Source: a virus
DNA length: 64,000 nt
IMG/VR virus record: IMGVR_UViG_3300043446_003177
Coordinates: 64,001 to 128,000 of that record
Reading direction: 5' to 3' (one strand)
Shown in pieces: positions 39,101 to 50,500 of the stretch (the first letter of the stretch is position 1; each line of letters begins with the position of its first letter). Under the pieces are notes generated by a model. The model was not told the origin of the DNA. It did no database searches and was given only the letters and a program-made list of their open reading frames with translations. The position numbers and the translations under genes were made by a program.

Positions 39101-42100
39101 TCAATTGGAGTTAAAAATGAAGTTGTTACTACGCAGAAAATTGATTTTTCACAAGGATCTTTAAAAGTATTATCCAGTTCATATACTGGAACAGATATTT
39201 TAGATTATAAGTATGATTTGTACCACAAAAATCTTCCTATTTTTGAAAGAGAATTTGATGCTAGTGACTCTTCGATTGTTTCTATTAGTAATAATTCAAT
39301 AAAATTATTAAATCACTATTTTGTTAGTGGTGAGGAAATAACATATAGCATTGCCGATCCAACCATTGAGTCCCCAATAGGAATTGGAACTACTTCAATA
39401 GTTGGTATTGGTACAACAGATAAATTACCATCAACTCTTTATGTTATAAAAGTTAGCAACTCTGAAATAAAATTTGCATCTTCCGCACAAAATGCACTGT
39501 CTGATCCTCCAGAATACTTAACAATAACTTCATTGGGATCAGGAAAGAGACATAAACTTACTGCTAAAGATCAAATAAGCAAGTCTCTTATCACAATCGA
39601 CGGTATTATTCAATCTCCACTTGCAAATTCTTATATAAAAACTTCTTTGAGTACGTCAATTACTACTTACAGTAATGTAATAAAGGTTGCAGGTATTGGA
39701 AGTTTGGCTTCTGGTGACTTAATACGAGTCGATAATGAGATAATGAAGATTAAGAATATTGGTGCAGCAAATACAATATCTGTTTATAGAAGTAGATTGG
39801 GCACCGAATTAACTTCACATTCAATTGGAACTAGCGTTACCAAACTTTATGGTAATTATGATATTATTGATAACTCAATTTATTTTGTTGATCGTCCATA
39901 CGGAACAACACCGGTTGGTGTTCCCACTAGTAAACCAGATCAAAGAGATTATAGTGGGATTACTACACAATCTTATTTTAGTGGAAGAGTATTTACAAGA
40001 TCGGGAGTTCCAGAATCAAGTCAAAAAGCTTATTCTGATAACTTCGTGTATGACGACATTTCAAATCAATTTAATGGATTTACAACTTCGTTTACTTTAA
40101 AATCTAACGGAAACAACCCTACAGGGATTCAAACTTATAATCCAATCGTTCTTATAAAAGGAATATTCCAAAATAATGAGAGATCTGGAACAGCGGTAAA
40201 CGTAACCGGCAACTTCAAACTCGATGATTCATCGGGAATTTCTACTATAACATTCTTTGGATATTCCGGCATACAAACATCCGATATCAATGTCTCAAGC
40301 ATTCCAATCGGTGGAGTTATTGTTGCAGCGGGATCTTCGCAGGGATTTGGTTACCAACCTCTAGTTTCTGCAGGAGCAACAGTGAGAGTATCCTCAGCTG
40401 GAACAATCACTACAATTAGTATTGGTAGCAGTGGTTCTGGTTACAGAAGTGGAATACAAACATCTGTTACAATCTATGCTAGAAATTCCGGAAATATTAG
40501 TTACGGATCTACGATTATTGGATTTGGAACAATTTATCAAGGAAATGTTGTAAATCCAGTATTAACAAATCCAGGAATTGGATTTACAAATTATACAATT
40601 ACGAGATCAGCATTAGTAACGGCTTCAGTTTCTGCAGGAAGTACAATTGTATACGCCTCAAACCTATCCTTTATTTCCGTAGATGATTATGCATCTGTTG
40701 GATCTGCATTAACTAATGTAAGAATTGTCGGATTGAATACTGGATTCTTTACTATTGGTTCGGCAAGTACTTCTGTAGTTGGTATTAATACTAATGATAT
40801 TATTATATTTAAAAAGTATTCTCCTCCTACAATTACTATAGATAATCCAATTGGATATACTAATATTCCATTAAAGTATGCCGCAGGAAAAACTGGATTA
40901 GGAACTGGAGCTGCAGTTGATATTGTAGTTGGGCAAGGATCAAGTGTTATAGACTTTACGTTAAAAAATTATGGATTTGGATACAAACCTGGAGATATTT
41001 TAACTGTAGATACATCCTCCGTTGGGGTTCAAACAAACAGATCTGCAGGATCTCAATTTAAACAATTCTTTATTTTTGTTGAGAATGTCTACTTCAGCGA
41101 CTTTAGTGCTTGGTCATTTGGTGAACTACAAATTATTGACGACATATCTCCAAACTTTAATGGAAGACGTAAGATATTTAACATAAGCATTGATGGTAAA
41201 ATTACGTCAATTACAACTAAAAAAGGATCGAATATCGATATTCAAGCAAACTTGATTATTTTTGTAAATGATATATTACAAAATCCAGGAGAATCTTATT
41301 TCTTCGATGGTGGTAGTACAATCGAGTTTTCTGAAGCTCCTAAAGGAGCAGATGCGTTAGGTCAAGGTGGAGACACTTGCAAAATATTCTACTATAGGGG
41401 AACTAGAGATGTAGACGTAATTGATGCCGATATTTTAGAATCTGTAAAAGTTGGAGATGATCTAACTCTTACAAGTGATATTGAAAAGTATCAACAAGAA
41501 GAAAGAGCAGTTATTTTAGTCGATTCCACAAGTAGTGTAATCACAAATGCTTATAGTGAAAATGGAGTTTCTGAAGATCCTAAGTTAAGGAGACCTGTTA
41601 TATGGTGCAAGCAAACTGAAGATAGAATTATTGATGGAAAAGAAGTGGGTAAAGATAGAGTTTTATACGAAGCTCTAATTAATCCAGTGGCTACTGTAAT
41701 AAGAAACGTTGGAATTAACACAAATCAAATATTTGTTGATAGTATAAAGCCATTCTTTAATGATAAAAAAGAAAATATTGGAAGCAAATTCTCATCTAAG
41801 ATTGAAATTTATGAAAATAATGATAATTTCGTATCTGCATCTGCAACATGTATAGTTTCTATTGCCGGAACAGTTCAATCTGTAGTTCTTGCTAATGGTG
41901 GAAATGGATATACAAATCCACCTACAGTCACTTTCACCGAACCATATGGTGTAGGAAATACGGGTAGAGCATCTGCAACTGCATCAATAACATCTGGAGT
42001 TGTAACTTCAATTGTAATTGATAATCCAGGAATTGGATATTCTTTAGGCAGACTTCAAAATGTTAGCATTAGTTCTACATTCTTTGGTTCTGGATTCCCT

Positions 42101-42928
42101 CTACCATCTGCATCTTATTCTAACTTGAGAGTATCATCTTTAACTGGAGAAGGTAGAGATGCTACTATAGACCTTGTTGTTCTAAACGATAGAGTAAATC
42201 AAATCAGTGTAAATGAAAAGGGAACTGGGTATAAAGTTGGCGATCTATTGGTAATAAGGTCAATAGATGCTGAAACTGAGGTAAAAAATCTAGATTTAGA
42301 AATTATGATGAATGTAATTTCTATTGAGAGTCCAACTGTTTTCATAGATCCACCAAACATAGAAAATGTAGAAAAAATTGATAATGTAACCTATGAGGGA
42401 GATTTTGGAATTATTACTGGAATTAAAACCACTTCAATTGGAACCGATAAAGGATTAATATTTGATCTCTTTATCCCATATAATTCTACTATTAGAAATG
42501 CAAATGTAAATGTTGGATTGGGTACAACTGGATTTAGTGGGATTCAGACTGGATATTTCTTTGTTGCCTATAACACTAATGTCGGCAATGGAATTACATC
42601 ATATGATCTAAATGGAGCTTCAGTTGGCGTTGGAACTACATTTATAGACAATGTATATCAGGCAGTATCAGTTTCTTATGGATCGACGAGTGCTATTGGA
42701 GTGGGGATGACTAATTTAGTATCAGTAACCGTTAAGGTTTCTAATAATTCCATTTCTGGTCTTGGATACAGTTCTTATTATGGAAACTATAGTTGGGGAA
42801 AAATTACAACCACAGGCAAAAATACCAAATCATTTACTGCACAGTCAAATAATGGAATTACTGGATTATCAACCTGTCCAGTCGTTAGAAGGAGATATCC
42901 TTTAAAATATGAGTTGTATGCACTATAA
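30137..42928 (+). CDS. gp7: giant baseplate wedge initiator / structural protein (4263 aa)
   Basis: position between gp6 and gp8; FYSSKGTDESFKILF; HSPIIGWAYDGNPIYGPYG (YHYH-like); many GSGY and GIGT repeats. Confidence 0.8.
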   Translation: MVKSRVKVATVLESQLPEFIKEEYPLASEFLSQYYNAIEHQGAPLDLLNNIDQYVKLDNVTGLAKTTHLTSSIEFYDKTIKVNSTEGFSNKYGLLQIGDEVITYTGITTNSFTGCIRGFVGITSFKNSLKPEELVFSETNAASHESSSVVKNLNTLFLEEFLLKLKRQFAPGFDGRTLVPNLNENLFIKQAKDFYSSKGTDESFKILFKALYGEEIEVVKPRDYLFQASDARFKSTKDLVVEAIVGDPRDLVNKTLIQDETDYSTKAYGSVVDVERLVKNNKEYYKIRLDYEYDKDIALSGSVFGNFTIHPKTKIVNTEDIDEGSSTISVDSTVGFPNSGTLLLKISLYDDNELASIIEIPFTYTGKTINQFLGCQGLPEILTKNEYEVRINDYAYGLTDSGDQVRVRVSGVLSDLDIKTNTYLCESGDDINIISLGKEGSSSRENSWVYNIPVTYAIRSITVTSSDPTYRIRTFDPHIISRFDSVILESADGVKKIAKVLRVSSDDSFIIGDQGTLNLNTSYTVTRRIAKVNTLNSPESNVYNANIQNVYFGEDDELYVASTSLPNYQESVDVRDLSKTFNGSFANTEIIDIGPNSFYTGDSVVYRPGPEGNRLDLAEGVYFIKKIDERNIKLSRSRSNINTESFVKVTGNLSENANKFEYFDFSYQKLESQNIIRKVCNITNDSKTYKTTSGSIGILKNGVEVLNYKSKDSIFYGPIESIEVLSEGSGYDVINPPILQITDPTGTGCTGYCAVTGKLERVDILDRGFDYLENPTITISGGDGSGARITANLISVDHEVTFNSTEKGGLIDVANSIIGFSTDHKFRHGERVFYYTNNQRAIAGLTTDASYFVSVLDYKRVRLYKEKNDAISRSDNYVGIGTTFGVGNHALKSAKKKKIIGSVNIISPGSGYKNNKTAVDTNDTRKFNDIIIPLDTIKIKNHGYSSGDIVVYDPPAQPIGGLAATSYYLTKVDADNFKLSQLGSPGQENFYYRTKQYVNLTSKGVGIHTFNHLPITIKVSGRLGIGTTGNDKYQAVLNPIFRGSITSVNVVNVGSGYGSPDIINFNKQPIFDLIRGSSAQLIPIVADGRIRDVLINYSGTNYNSTPNIIIEGSGSGAVLVPIIQDGILVDIKVLNGGFGYLQKDTKVTIIEAGFEASFSAKIKQWTINIFERLSRTNELTLDDGIIANGLNPNYGLQYSHVYAPRPLRRILNAVTVNDSGSNNYRPDIESDTDPVLRYHSPIIGWAYDGNPIYGPYGYSSVSGGTVVRMKSGYILDLDPDRPSTFPAGFFVEDYVYNATNGNNEEYLDEHNGRYCATPDFPNGTYAYFATISNETVETDGPFRNQRKPVFPYLIGDTYKSKPDLFNFKKESNQNDLDLNSTNWTRNTYPYNFARSRTFYNFLENPLSDGNFINAEVKSIGRGFVSGIEIVNPGKNYQPRDQIVFNNENTFGSNAFAKVESVFGVGISTVSTASSTISNIEFVPYGKKGNFIAISSIPHGYINGEYVTISGLSTDGTELKGFYTANVDTTYYSLKVGIETGTTTGIVTYISIAGPLDYPYIEENDILEIENELVKVLNIEPGSSRIRILRQYNGTVATAHSASLNFSDRPRRFVINSGFTTTFEYVRNREYYFNPKESVGLGTTSGVGISSALFFGLDNLNVPVGIATSSATVLYFKNDFDIYKFNTGGYIEITNTTTATGIASTAFHKQHVKIISVGSTAITVNFNSSSLQGVGVTAFIGKEKSEEIPTKSIYIPNHNLITGTRLEYSPNQGSSLLVSLNGITTSLTQFSSLYAIKIDKDTIGISTVRVGYGSTGIISGIGSTTTTNPQLAFVGFGTGVYHSFKTKYDNVVVGDSTINRVTVSTGETHGLVVGNSINMNLVSTSTTTIVVQYNDENRRIVLNPKSFVSANVNTQESSIQINDHGFYDGQKIIYVASNPLTPIGGLTSNGIYYVIAINNNSFKLAASKSDATRKIPLYINLTSASDGTIYQINPRIRVYKNQKIEFDLSSSTLSYNFKSAFNFSLYRDKNFKHIFKSDEKDTVFELSYSGPIGISPVAKAILTITDNFPRKLYYKLNPIDIATLSDVKKDIIIDNEVEDRNAIEIITSKYNGEYPVLGITTNKFVYPIPEKPEKMVYTNLIDCNAKYSTKALNAYGSIATININSKGQGYKYAPGISSIISDYGSQAVLRVRTNNIGRIKTVKINNIGFDYPSDKTLGPTAKLPQILKVDVLSIVDRIGISSGGKNYIKNPKLILLDGLTLKPVKDIDLSYKVGNPTVKILKNTDGINNVTPIIIPTKNPNGVKINYITFDSGSGIATAGIAVSYSDAKDFPFNVGDKILVENTQIIPKSGKGFNSKDYDYRLFNIVSTDPNIGGENGSITYDMSSILQDGYLPGTYDTINSIGSIVPEKYFPKFKITLKQRDFRTGETIRSGTKSAKVEKWDDQNNYLKISGNQSFLEGDLIFGRSSRTKATISEVVSFDSQYNIDSYSISPAGFFRETGFLNNNLQRLHDNEYYQYFSYAISSKIPMDVWDEPVSTLNHTSGFRKFSDLKVESFDSAYAGITTSQDEGSFFGINDITRTVNINCVNDFDLATENSILIDDELTSNQIIFATRIIQDYSEAVTNKVLIIDDISSQFTSENEDITYSVADRVSDIFDFTSKVTQKLLTFVKDKRFVEKRQLSNVTLIQDNSSGYINEYGKVYTDEDLGSFDVITYYDTSDIVFVPNQSKENSYSVDILSFNPSYTESVSGISSLNIGSKVNIKSNKITYSGTGSKTIVGIASTYRSAKILVEVVNAQNKIEFNELSLVHDGSSVSLLEYGKLNNNKSYGTGIGTYGADLSSNNIFVKFYPNESGIGTVKVLSVSIANTSTTGLSTYKLSNSILNSNTIGIASTSSPGITTIASYTHLSYGENYGGAYYIVSVSDKLNNRHQISEVVVVDDGNDAVYVEYGNNSTSIGLGTVGAGVTNSTTNLYYTPISNTAVEVTVFQSSIGVKNEVVTTQKIDFSQGSLKVLSSSYTGTDILDYKYDLYHKNLPIFEREFDASDSSIVSISNNSIKLLNHYFVSGEEITYSIADPTIESPIGIGTTSIVGIGTTDKLPSTLYVIKVSNSEIKFASSAQNALSDPPEYLTITSLGSGKRHKLTAKDQISKSLITIDGIIQSPLANSYIKTSLSTSITTYSNVIKVAGIGSLASGDLIRVDNEIMKIKNIGAANTISVYRSRLGTELTSHSIGTSVTKLYGNYDIIDNSIYFVDRPYGTTPVGVPTSKPDQRDYSGITTQSYFSGRVFTRSGVPESSQKAYSDNFVYDDISNQFNGFTTSFTLKSNGNNPTGIQTYNPIVLIKGIFQNNERSGTAVNVTGNFKLDDSSGISTITFFGYSGIQTSDINVSSIPIGGVIVAAGSSQGFGYQPLVSAGATVRVSSAGTITTISIGSSGSGYRSGIQTSVTIYARNSGNISYGSTIIGFGTIYQGNVVNPVLTNPGIGFTNYTITRSALVTASVSAGSTIVYASNLSFISVDDYASVGSALTNVRIVGLNTGFFTIGSASTSVVGINTNDIIIFKKYSPPTITIDNPIGYTNIPLKYAAGKTGLGTGAAVDIVVGQGSSVIDFTLKNYGFGYKPGDILTVDTSSVGVQTNRSAGSQFKQFFIFVENVYFSDFSAWSFGELQIIDDISPNFNGRRKIFNISIDGKITSITTKKGSNIDIQANLIIFVNDILQNPGESYFFDGGSTIEFSEAPKGADALGQGGDTCKIFYYRGTRDVDVIDADILESVKVGDDLTLTSDIEKYQQEERAVILVDSTSSVITNAYSENGVSEDPKLRRPVIWCKQTEDRIIDGKEVGKDRVLYEALINPVATVIRNVGINTNQIFVDSIKPFFNDKKENIGSKFSSKIEIYENNDNFVSASATCIVSIAGTVQSVVLANGGNGYTNPPTVTFTEPYGVGNTGRASATASITSGVVTSIVIDNPGIGYSLGRLQNVSISSTFFGSGFPLPSASYSNLRVSSLTGEGRDATIDLVVLNDRVNQISVNEKGTGYKVGDLLVIRSIDAETEVKNLDLEIMMNVISIESPTVFIDPPNIENVEKIDNVTYEGDFGIITGIKTTSIGTDKGLIFDLFIPYNSTIRNANVNVGLGTTGFSGIQTGYFFVAYNTNVGNGITSYDLNGASVGVGTTFIDNVYQAVSVSYGSTSAIGVGMTNLVSVTVKVSNNSISGLGYSSYYGNYSWGKITTTGKNTKSFTAQSNNGITGLSTCPVVRRRYPLKYELYAL

Positions 42929-42931
42929 ATA
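42924..42931 (+). promoter_or_regulatory. T4-type late promoter
   Basis: TATAAATA before gp8. Confidence 0.75.
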
Positions 42932-42948
42932 GGTAAAAAAGCCAAAAA

Positions 42949-44511
42949 ATGTCTGCAATTATAACTGATCAACTTAGAATTTTGAATGCTAAGAATTTTG
43001 TTTCGGATGTATCATCCGGATCAAATTCTTATTACGCTTTTATTGGACTTCCAAACGCTACTGAGTTATCTGCTACTTGGGATACTATTCCACCGGCTCC
43101 AAAAGATAATTTTGATGAAGAAAATAATTATTGGGATACAGTAATAGCTTTGAAAAAGGTTGCTCCTGATAATGTTAGACAGGTTATTAGAAAAATAACC
43201 TGGACATCTGGATCTGTTTACGATATGTATCGTCATGATATTAGTAGAACCAGAACTGCAAAACCATCTGGATCTACTAGTCTATATTCTTCAAATTTTT
43301 ACGTTGTAAATAGTGACTATAGAGTTTATATTTGTCTTCAAAATGGAACTGATCCAGAAAATCCAGAAGGTAGACCATCATTAGACGAACCAACCTTTAC
43401 AGATTTGGAACCCAAATCTGCAGGAACTAGTGGAGATGGTTATATTTGGAAATATCTATATACAATCAAACCAGGCGATTTGATTAAGTTTGATTCAACC
43501 AATTTTATGCCCGTACCAAAAAATTGGTCTTCAAGCGCAGATGATGCTGCAGTTAGAGTTAACGCATCAACTAGTGGACAGTTAAAAATTGCAACTATTA
43601 CTGATAGAGGTAGTGGAGTTGGTCCAGCAAACTCGATTTATACTAGAGTTCCTATTAGAGGTGATGGAACTGGTGCTGAAGCAACAGTAGTTATAAATAA
43701 CGACTCTAAGGTAGAATCTATTACTATTTCAAAAGGAGGATCTGGTTATACTTACGGTATTGTTGATCTTGCTGAAGGTAATGTTCCAGAAGCAACTATA
43801 ACTCCAAAATTCAATGTTATCATTCCGCCAAAAGGTGGACATGGATTTGATATTTATAGAGAACTTGGAGCTCATAACGTTTTAATATATACAAGAATCG
43901 AAAACGACGATCAAAATCCCGACTTTATTACTGGAAACAAAATTGCTAGAGTCGGAATAGTAAGAAATCCACAATCATATTCTTCAACTTCACTATTATC
44001 TTTTGATAAGGCAAGTGTAGTTGGTGCGATGATTTTAAGAGGCACTGATGATTTCTTTGACTATCAGAATGCATCTTTTGCATATAATTCCACTATTACC
44101 CAATCAGTAGGATCTGGAATAACCGCTACTGGAAGAGTAGTATCATATGATCCAAATACTGGAGTTTTAAAATACTGGCAGGATAGAACAATAGTTGGAT
44201 TCAATACAGATGGATCAGTAAATGATCAAGTAGCATATGGATCCGAGTTCAATTTGAATGAATTTACAATTACAGGAGGATCTTTAACTATTGTTGGAGA
44301 GACTTCTACATTAGCAATCAACACAGCATTTTCTGGTGTAACAACGACTATAAATAGTAAAAAATATTATCTTGGACAGACCTTTGAAATGGGACTATCA
44401 AATCCTGAAGTTAAAAAATATTCTGGTGATATTATTTACGTGGATAATAGACCATCCATTACTAGGTCATTAAATCAAAAAGAAGATATTAAGGTTATTT
44501 TGCAATTCTAA
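42949..44511 (+). CDS. gp8: baseplate wedge subunit
   Basis: MSAIITDQLRI, VYICL.NG, DGYIWKYLY, QKEDIKVILQF. Confidence 0.92.
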   Translation: MSAIITDQLRILNAKNFVSDVSSGSNSYYAFIGLPNATELSATWDTIPPAPKDNFDEENNYWDTVIALKKVAPDNVRQVIRKITWTSGSVYDMYRHDISRTRTAKPSGSTSLYSSNFYVVNSDYRVYICLQNGTDPENPEGRPSLDEPTFTDLEPKSAGTSGDGYIWKYLYTIKPGDLIKFDSTNFMPVPKNWSSSADDAAVRVNASTSGQLKIATITDRGSGVGPANSIYTRVPIRGDGTGAEATVVINNDSKVESITISKGGSGYTYGIVDLAEGNVPEATITPKFNVIIPPKGGHGFDIYRELGAHNVLIYTRIENDDQNPDFITGNKIARVGIVRNPQSYSSTSLLSFDKASVVGAMILRGTDDFFDYQNASFAYNSTITQSVGSGITATGRVVSYDPNTGVLKYWQDRTIVGFNTDGSVNDQVAYGSEFNLNEFTITGGSLTIVGETSTLAINTAFSGVTTTINSKKYYLGQTFEMGLSNPEVKKYSGDIIYVDNRPSITRSLNQKEDIKVILQF

Positions 44512-44517
44512 AGAATT

Positions 44518-47500
44518 ATGCCTCAGGAAACTAATCTCAACGTTACTCCATATTTTGACGATTACTTAGCACGTAATGGAGGTAAACAAAATAACTACTA
44601 TAAAGTTCTTTTTAAGCCTGGATACCCTGTTCAAGCTAGAGAGTTAACAACTTTACAGTCAATTCTACAAAACCAAATTGAACAATTTGGAAATCATATT
44701 TTCAAAGAAGGTAGTGTAGTAATACCTGGACAAGTAAACTATCTTCCAAAATTTCCAGCAGTGGAAGTTGAAGCAGAATTTCTTGGTATACCACTAAGAA
44801 CTTATGCTCAGAGTTTAATTGGTAAAGAAATTGTTGGCGATGACTCTGACGTAAGAGCAAAAGTTATAGCAGTTAGGGATGTTGAGAATTCCCCTAGAAG
44901 ATATTTTACATTATATGTAACATATACAAGAACAGGCGTTAATGGAGCTTCTGTTTTTGCTAATAACGAAACTCTACTTTTACCAAGTGGATTGGTAAAA
45001 GGCGCTTTAGTGATACAACCAAATCAAGGATTTGCTATTACTGCTTCCCAAAGAGCAACTTCAGTCGGAACCGCTGTAGCTGTTTCTGAAGGTGTTTATT
45101 TTGTTAGAGGAACTTTTGTTGATGTAGATAATCAACTTATTCTTTTAGATCCATATTCCAATAAACCAAATTATAAAGTTGGATTTGATGTTATTGAAGA
45201 GATAATCACAGTAGATGATGACCCAAAACTTGCAGACAATGCAAGAGGATTTAATAATTATGCAGCCCCAGGAGCAGATAGATTTAAAATAAGTTTAATC
45301 CTCACTAAAAAAGATTTGGATGAAGAAAAAAATGAAAGCTTTGTTCAACTTTTAGAAATTAGAGACGGTAAAATATACGGAGTAACTAAGAGAACAAATT
45401 ATAGTTTAATTAGGGATGAATTAGCTAGAAGAACTTTTGACGAATCTGGAGATTATTATGTTAAACCATTTGATGTAGTTACAAGAGAGTCTCTAGACGA
45501 TCTAAAGGGAAATAATGGAATATTTAAAGAAGGCAGGCTTACATACGAAGATAACAAACCAAGTGATGATCTAGGTGTTTATCAAATATCTCCAGGAAAA
45601 GCTTATGTAAAAGGTTATGAAATTGAGACCATTAGTCCAACATTTTTAGATTTTCCAAAACCAAGAAAAACCAGAACTTTACGAGATCAGAGCATAAATT
45701 ATTTAACTGGTCCGGCACTAAGACTGAATAATGTAAATTCTGCACCAGATATTGGAATTGCAACCTCATATACGCTTTCATTGAGAAACACTAGAGTTGG
45801 AGTAAACTCTGAAGTTGGTGCGGGAAAGGAAATTGGATTATCAAGAGTGTATGACTTTGCATTAGAATCCGGTTCATATGATACTTCATTACCAGATACT
45901 AATCAATGGGATATTTCTTTATTTGATACAAAATTATACACAGAGCTTAGATTAAATACTGAAGTAACTCTTTCTTCACCACTTCATATTCTAGGTAAAG
46001 CTAGTGGAGCAAATGGATTTTTGCGTTTTGATGTATCAAATTCTGGAATCATTACTGCATACGATACTAAAGGGACATTTATTGCGGGCGAAGAACTAAT
46101 TTTTAATGGTATTGAATCAAATGGAATCACAACATCTGTTTTACAATACAAGCTTTCAGATGTAAAATCTTTATATGGTGTTTCTGGAATCAATACATTT
46201 ACTGCCGATGCAAAGCAAGAAGTAACTAGAAATTTTGGACAGGTCACTATAAGTGCTGCTACTGGTGGAATTAGTACTGTGACTTCATCAAAAGTTACTT
46301 TCCCAACAAAAATTGAAATTGATGATTTGGTATCTTATACCAATCCAGGATTTTCTGTACCAAGTTATGCTAAAGTAACAAATGTATATAAATCGGCATT
46401 AACTATCGAGGCAATTACTTCCGTTTCTGGAGTATGCACTGGAGGACTTCCAACATCACAGATTACTCCCTCCGATTTTAGTTTAATAAACACTAAACTT
46501 CTTTCTTCTCCAGATAATACACTTTTCACAAAGTTACCAAAAAATTTCGTTTCGTCTGTAAACTTAAGTGAATCTAACTTAACAATAAGAAAGCAATTTA
46601 CAGTTTCTATTTCTGCAAACAAAACCGCACCTATCATTGCGGGAGAGAACGAAACTTTCTTACCATTTGATGAAGAAAGATATGTTTTAGTAAGATCTAA
46701 TGGAAATGTTGAGGCTCTTTCTGCAGATAAATTAGTTTTTGCAAATGGTAGCAAACAATTAGAAATTTTAGGGTTAGCAAGTGGTACGGACACTGGTGCT
46801 AAATTAATTGCTACTCTTAGAAAAATAAATGTTAAGAGCAAACTCAAATTAAGAAGAAAGGTAACTTCAGTAGTAATTGATAAGTCTTCTTTACCACAAT
46901 CCGGTATTGGACAATCAACTCTCAATGATGGACTGACTTATGGAACTTTCCCATATGGAACCAGAGTTCAGGATAAAGAGATTTGTTTGCAATATCCAGA
47001 TATTGTTCAATTACATGGTGTTTATGAATCAACGAGTACAACATCTCCAGTATTAACTAGAATTAGATTTTCTGCCTTCGATGGACCATCGGCAAAATCA
47101 TCCGATTTAATTGTCGGTGAAGAGTGGGTAGGCGCAAGAAGTTCTTCTATAGGATTAAATGTTGGTAGAATTGATGATGAGACAATTGAAGTTATAAGGA
47201 CAAACAGAAGAACTCCTCTAGTAGGAGAAAGAATTAAATTTAAAGAATCAGGTGTAACAGCAATTGTAGAAGAAGTAAATATTGGGGATCCAAATATTAC
47301 TTCACATTATGTCCTTGATAATGGACAAGAAGATACAATTTATGATTATGGTAAAATTGTTAGAAGGTCTCAGTTTGCTGCACCAACTAGAAAAATAAGA
47401 ATAGTATTTGAATCTGCATATTATTCAGATTCCGATGATGGAGATATTACAACTGCAGCATCATATTCAAGATACGAATATGACGAAATTCCATTTAGTG

Positions 47501-50500
47501 ATAGAAGAATAAAATGTTCCGATCTTCTCGACATTCGCCCTAGAGTACAAGTATATACACCAACTGCAGGATCTAGATCTCCGTTTGAATTTTTAGGAAG
47601 ATCTTTTGTAAGTGGATCGAATAATTCTTCCAAAAATATTTTAGTTTCTGATGAATCTATCTTACTAACATATTCACATTATCTGTCTAGAATTGATAGA
47701 ATTTATCTAAGTAAAGATGGTGAATTTACAATTGTAAGAGGAACTCCAGCAGAATTTCCAAAAGAACCTTTACCTTTAAATGATGCTTTAGAAGTTGCAA
47801 AGGTCACACTTCCTCCGTATCTATCAAATGCTAACGATGCTCAGATCAAACTAGTATCTCATAAGAGATATAGAATGACTGATATTGCAAAATTGGATGA
47901 TAGAATTTCAAACCTAGAATATTATACAACATTATCTCTTTTAGAATCTCAAACTCAGAATCTATTCGTCCCAGATAGTAATGGACTTAATAGGTTTAAA
48001 TCTGGATTCTTTGTAGATAATTTCTCTACAGCAAATCCACAAGCTAAAACAGCAATTCCAAGAAATGCAATTGATGTTAAAAAATCAGAGCTTAGACCAG
48101 CAACATATACAACTCAATTGGATCTTATACTTGGTTCAAAGTCTCTAGTAGGAATTGGAAGTTCAGCTGACCCAACTGTAGACTCTAGATTTGTATCAGA
48201 CATTATCGGAAGTAATATTAGAAAAACTGGTCAACTTATAACTTTAAACTATAGTGATGCAAGGTATTTAAGACAACCATATGCAACTCGTGCAATTAAT
48301 GTAACTCCATATGCAGTAACAACATATGAAGGAACTATAGAACTTGAACCGTCTTCGGATATTTGGATTGATACAACCAGAATAGAAGCCAACACCATAA
48401 CAATTGATACTTTTACTCCTGCACTAGGAATTCTAAAAGAAGTTATTCCGGGATTTGACCCACAAACTGGATTTGGCCCAACAACCTGGAATGCATGGAA
48501 CACTGTTTGGACAGGATCCACAACAACTAGAAATGGTTGGATACAAACAACAGTTGATACCGGAACAAGTACTAGAACAGGAACTAGACTTGAAGTTACA
48601 CCTGTTACGACAACACAATCACTTGGAGATAAACTAGTTGATAGTGATGTAATCACTAATATGAGATCCAGAAATATAGAAGTTACTGGAAATAGATTTA
48701 AGCCATTTACTCAACTGTATGCCTTCTTTGATGGGACTGATGTTAATGCATTTGTGTTTCCAAAACTCATTGAAATTAAAATGATTAAAGGAACCTTCCG
48801 AGTTGGAGAAACTGTAACGGGTGATGATAAAACAAGAACAAATGGTGCAGAAATTCCAAAAATTAAATTTAGAGTAGCGAACGCAAATCACAAATATGGT
48901 GCATATAATAAACCAGAAGACATTTATGATGTAAACCCATACACTAGAGCAAATAGCCTTCCAGCAAATTATTCATCAACATCAACAATCCTTAATGTAG
49001 ACACATACCATTTAACTGAGGGTGTTAAAGATGGATTTGATGGATATATTGCAAAGGGTATGCGTTTGAAAGGAGGTACTAGTGGTGCTGTTGCTGAAGT
49101 AACTAATGTTAGACTGGTAACTGACGATGTTGGTACTATCATTGCATCTTTCTTCATTCCAGATCCAAATATTAGAACTAATCCAAAATTCAAAACTGGA
49201 ATTAGAACCTTTAGATTTACAAATAGTTCAACAAATTCTACTGTTTCTGGAATTTTAGTTACTTCTGGCGAAGAGCAATACTTTGCTCAAGGTACTTTAA
49301 ATACGGTACAAGAAACCATCCAATCAACAAGAAGTCCAAGATTCCAAACAAAAACACTAACAGAACAAAAAGCTGCTACAAGAACAACTGTTGTTGATTT
49401 AACTCCTCCACCTCCCCCACGCCGCCACGACCCACTAGCACAGTCATTCTACGTTGATGAACCAAGTGGAATTTTTGTAACTAAGATTGATTTATATTTC
49501 CAATCAAAAGATCCTACAGGAAAACTTCCACTAATATTCCAACTTCGTACAATGTCGTTGGGAGTTCCAACAGAAGAAGTTTATCCATTTAGTGAATTAA
49601 TCGTACTACCAAAATATATTAAGACATCTCAAGATGGATCTGTAGCGACAACATTAACATTCCCATCACCAGTTTATCTGAAAGGTGAAAAAGAACATGC
49701 TATCGTTATGCTTTCTGATTCAAATGAATATCAAGTTTGGTGTTCTAGAATTGGCGAAATTGATATTACTACCCAATCTGGACCAGAATCTCGCCAGGTT
49801 GTAGTTACAAAACAACCAGATCTTGGATCACTATTTAAGTCTCAAAATGGATCTACTTGGGATCCAAGTCAATATGAAGATCTAAAGTATACTTTATATC
49901 GTGCAGAATTTGCAAATACTCAGACTGGTACAGTAAACTTCTTCAATCCAAATCTAACAACAAGAAACAAAAAAATTGCAAAGTTACCTACAAACCCAAT
50001 TCAATTCTTCTCTAAAAAGATAAGAGTTTCATTAGCTTCTTCTATCAATGATCCCAATCTACAAATTGGAAATACAATATTCCAAACTGCATCCAATGCT
50101 ACAGCAAATTATGTAGGATCTGCAGGTTCGGCTAGTGGAACCTTAGGAATAACAAATTCTGGAATAGGATATACTCCATCTGATGGGTCGAGTTTTACAT
50201 ACAATAATATTTCTCTAGTTACTGTTACTGGATCTGGAAAAAATGCAACAGCCAATATCACTATTGGGGCAAACGCAACAACTAATGGAATTGCAATTGC
50301 AGCAACAGTAGTTAATGGTGGAACTGGATATGTAACTGGTGACGTACTAACTGTTAATTCCCTAGGTGTAGATGGATTAGGTGAAAACTTACGTTTAACT
50401 GTTAGAAACACTTCTGGAGGAAATCAGCTAATTCTCGATAACGTTCAGGGTGATTTTATTACTGGAGCAGGATCAACAATTAGATTTGTAACATCTGCTG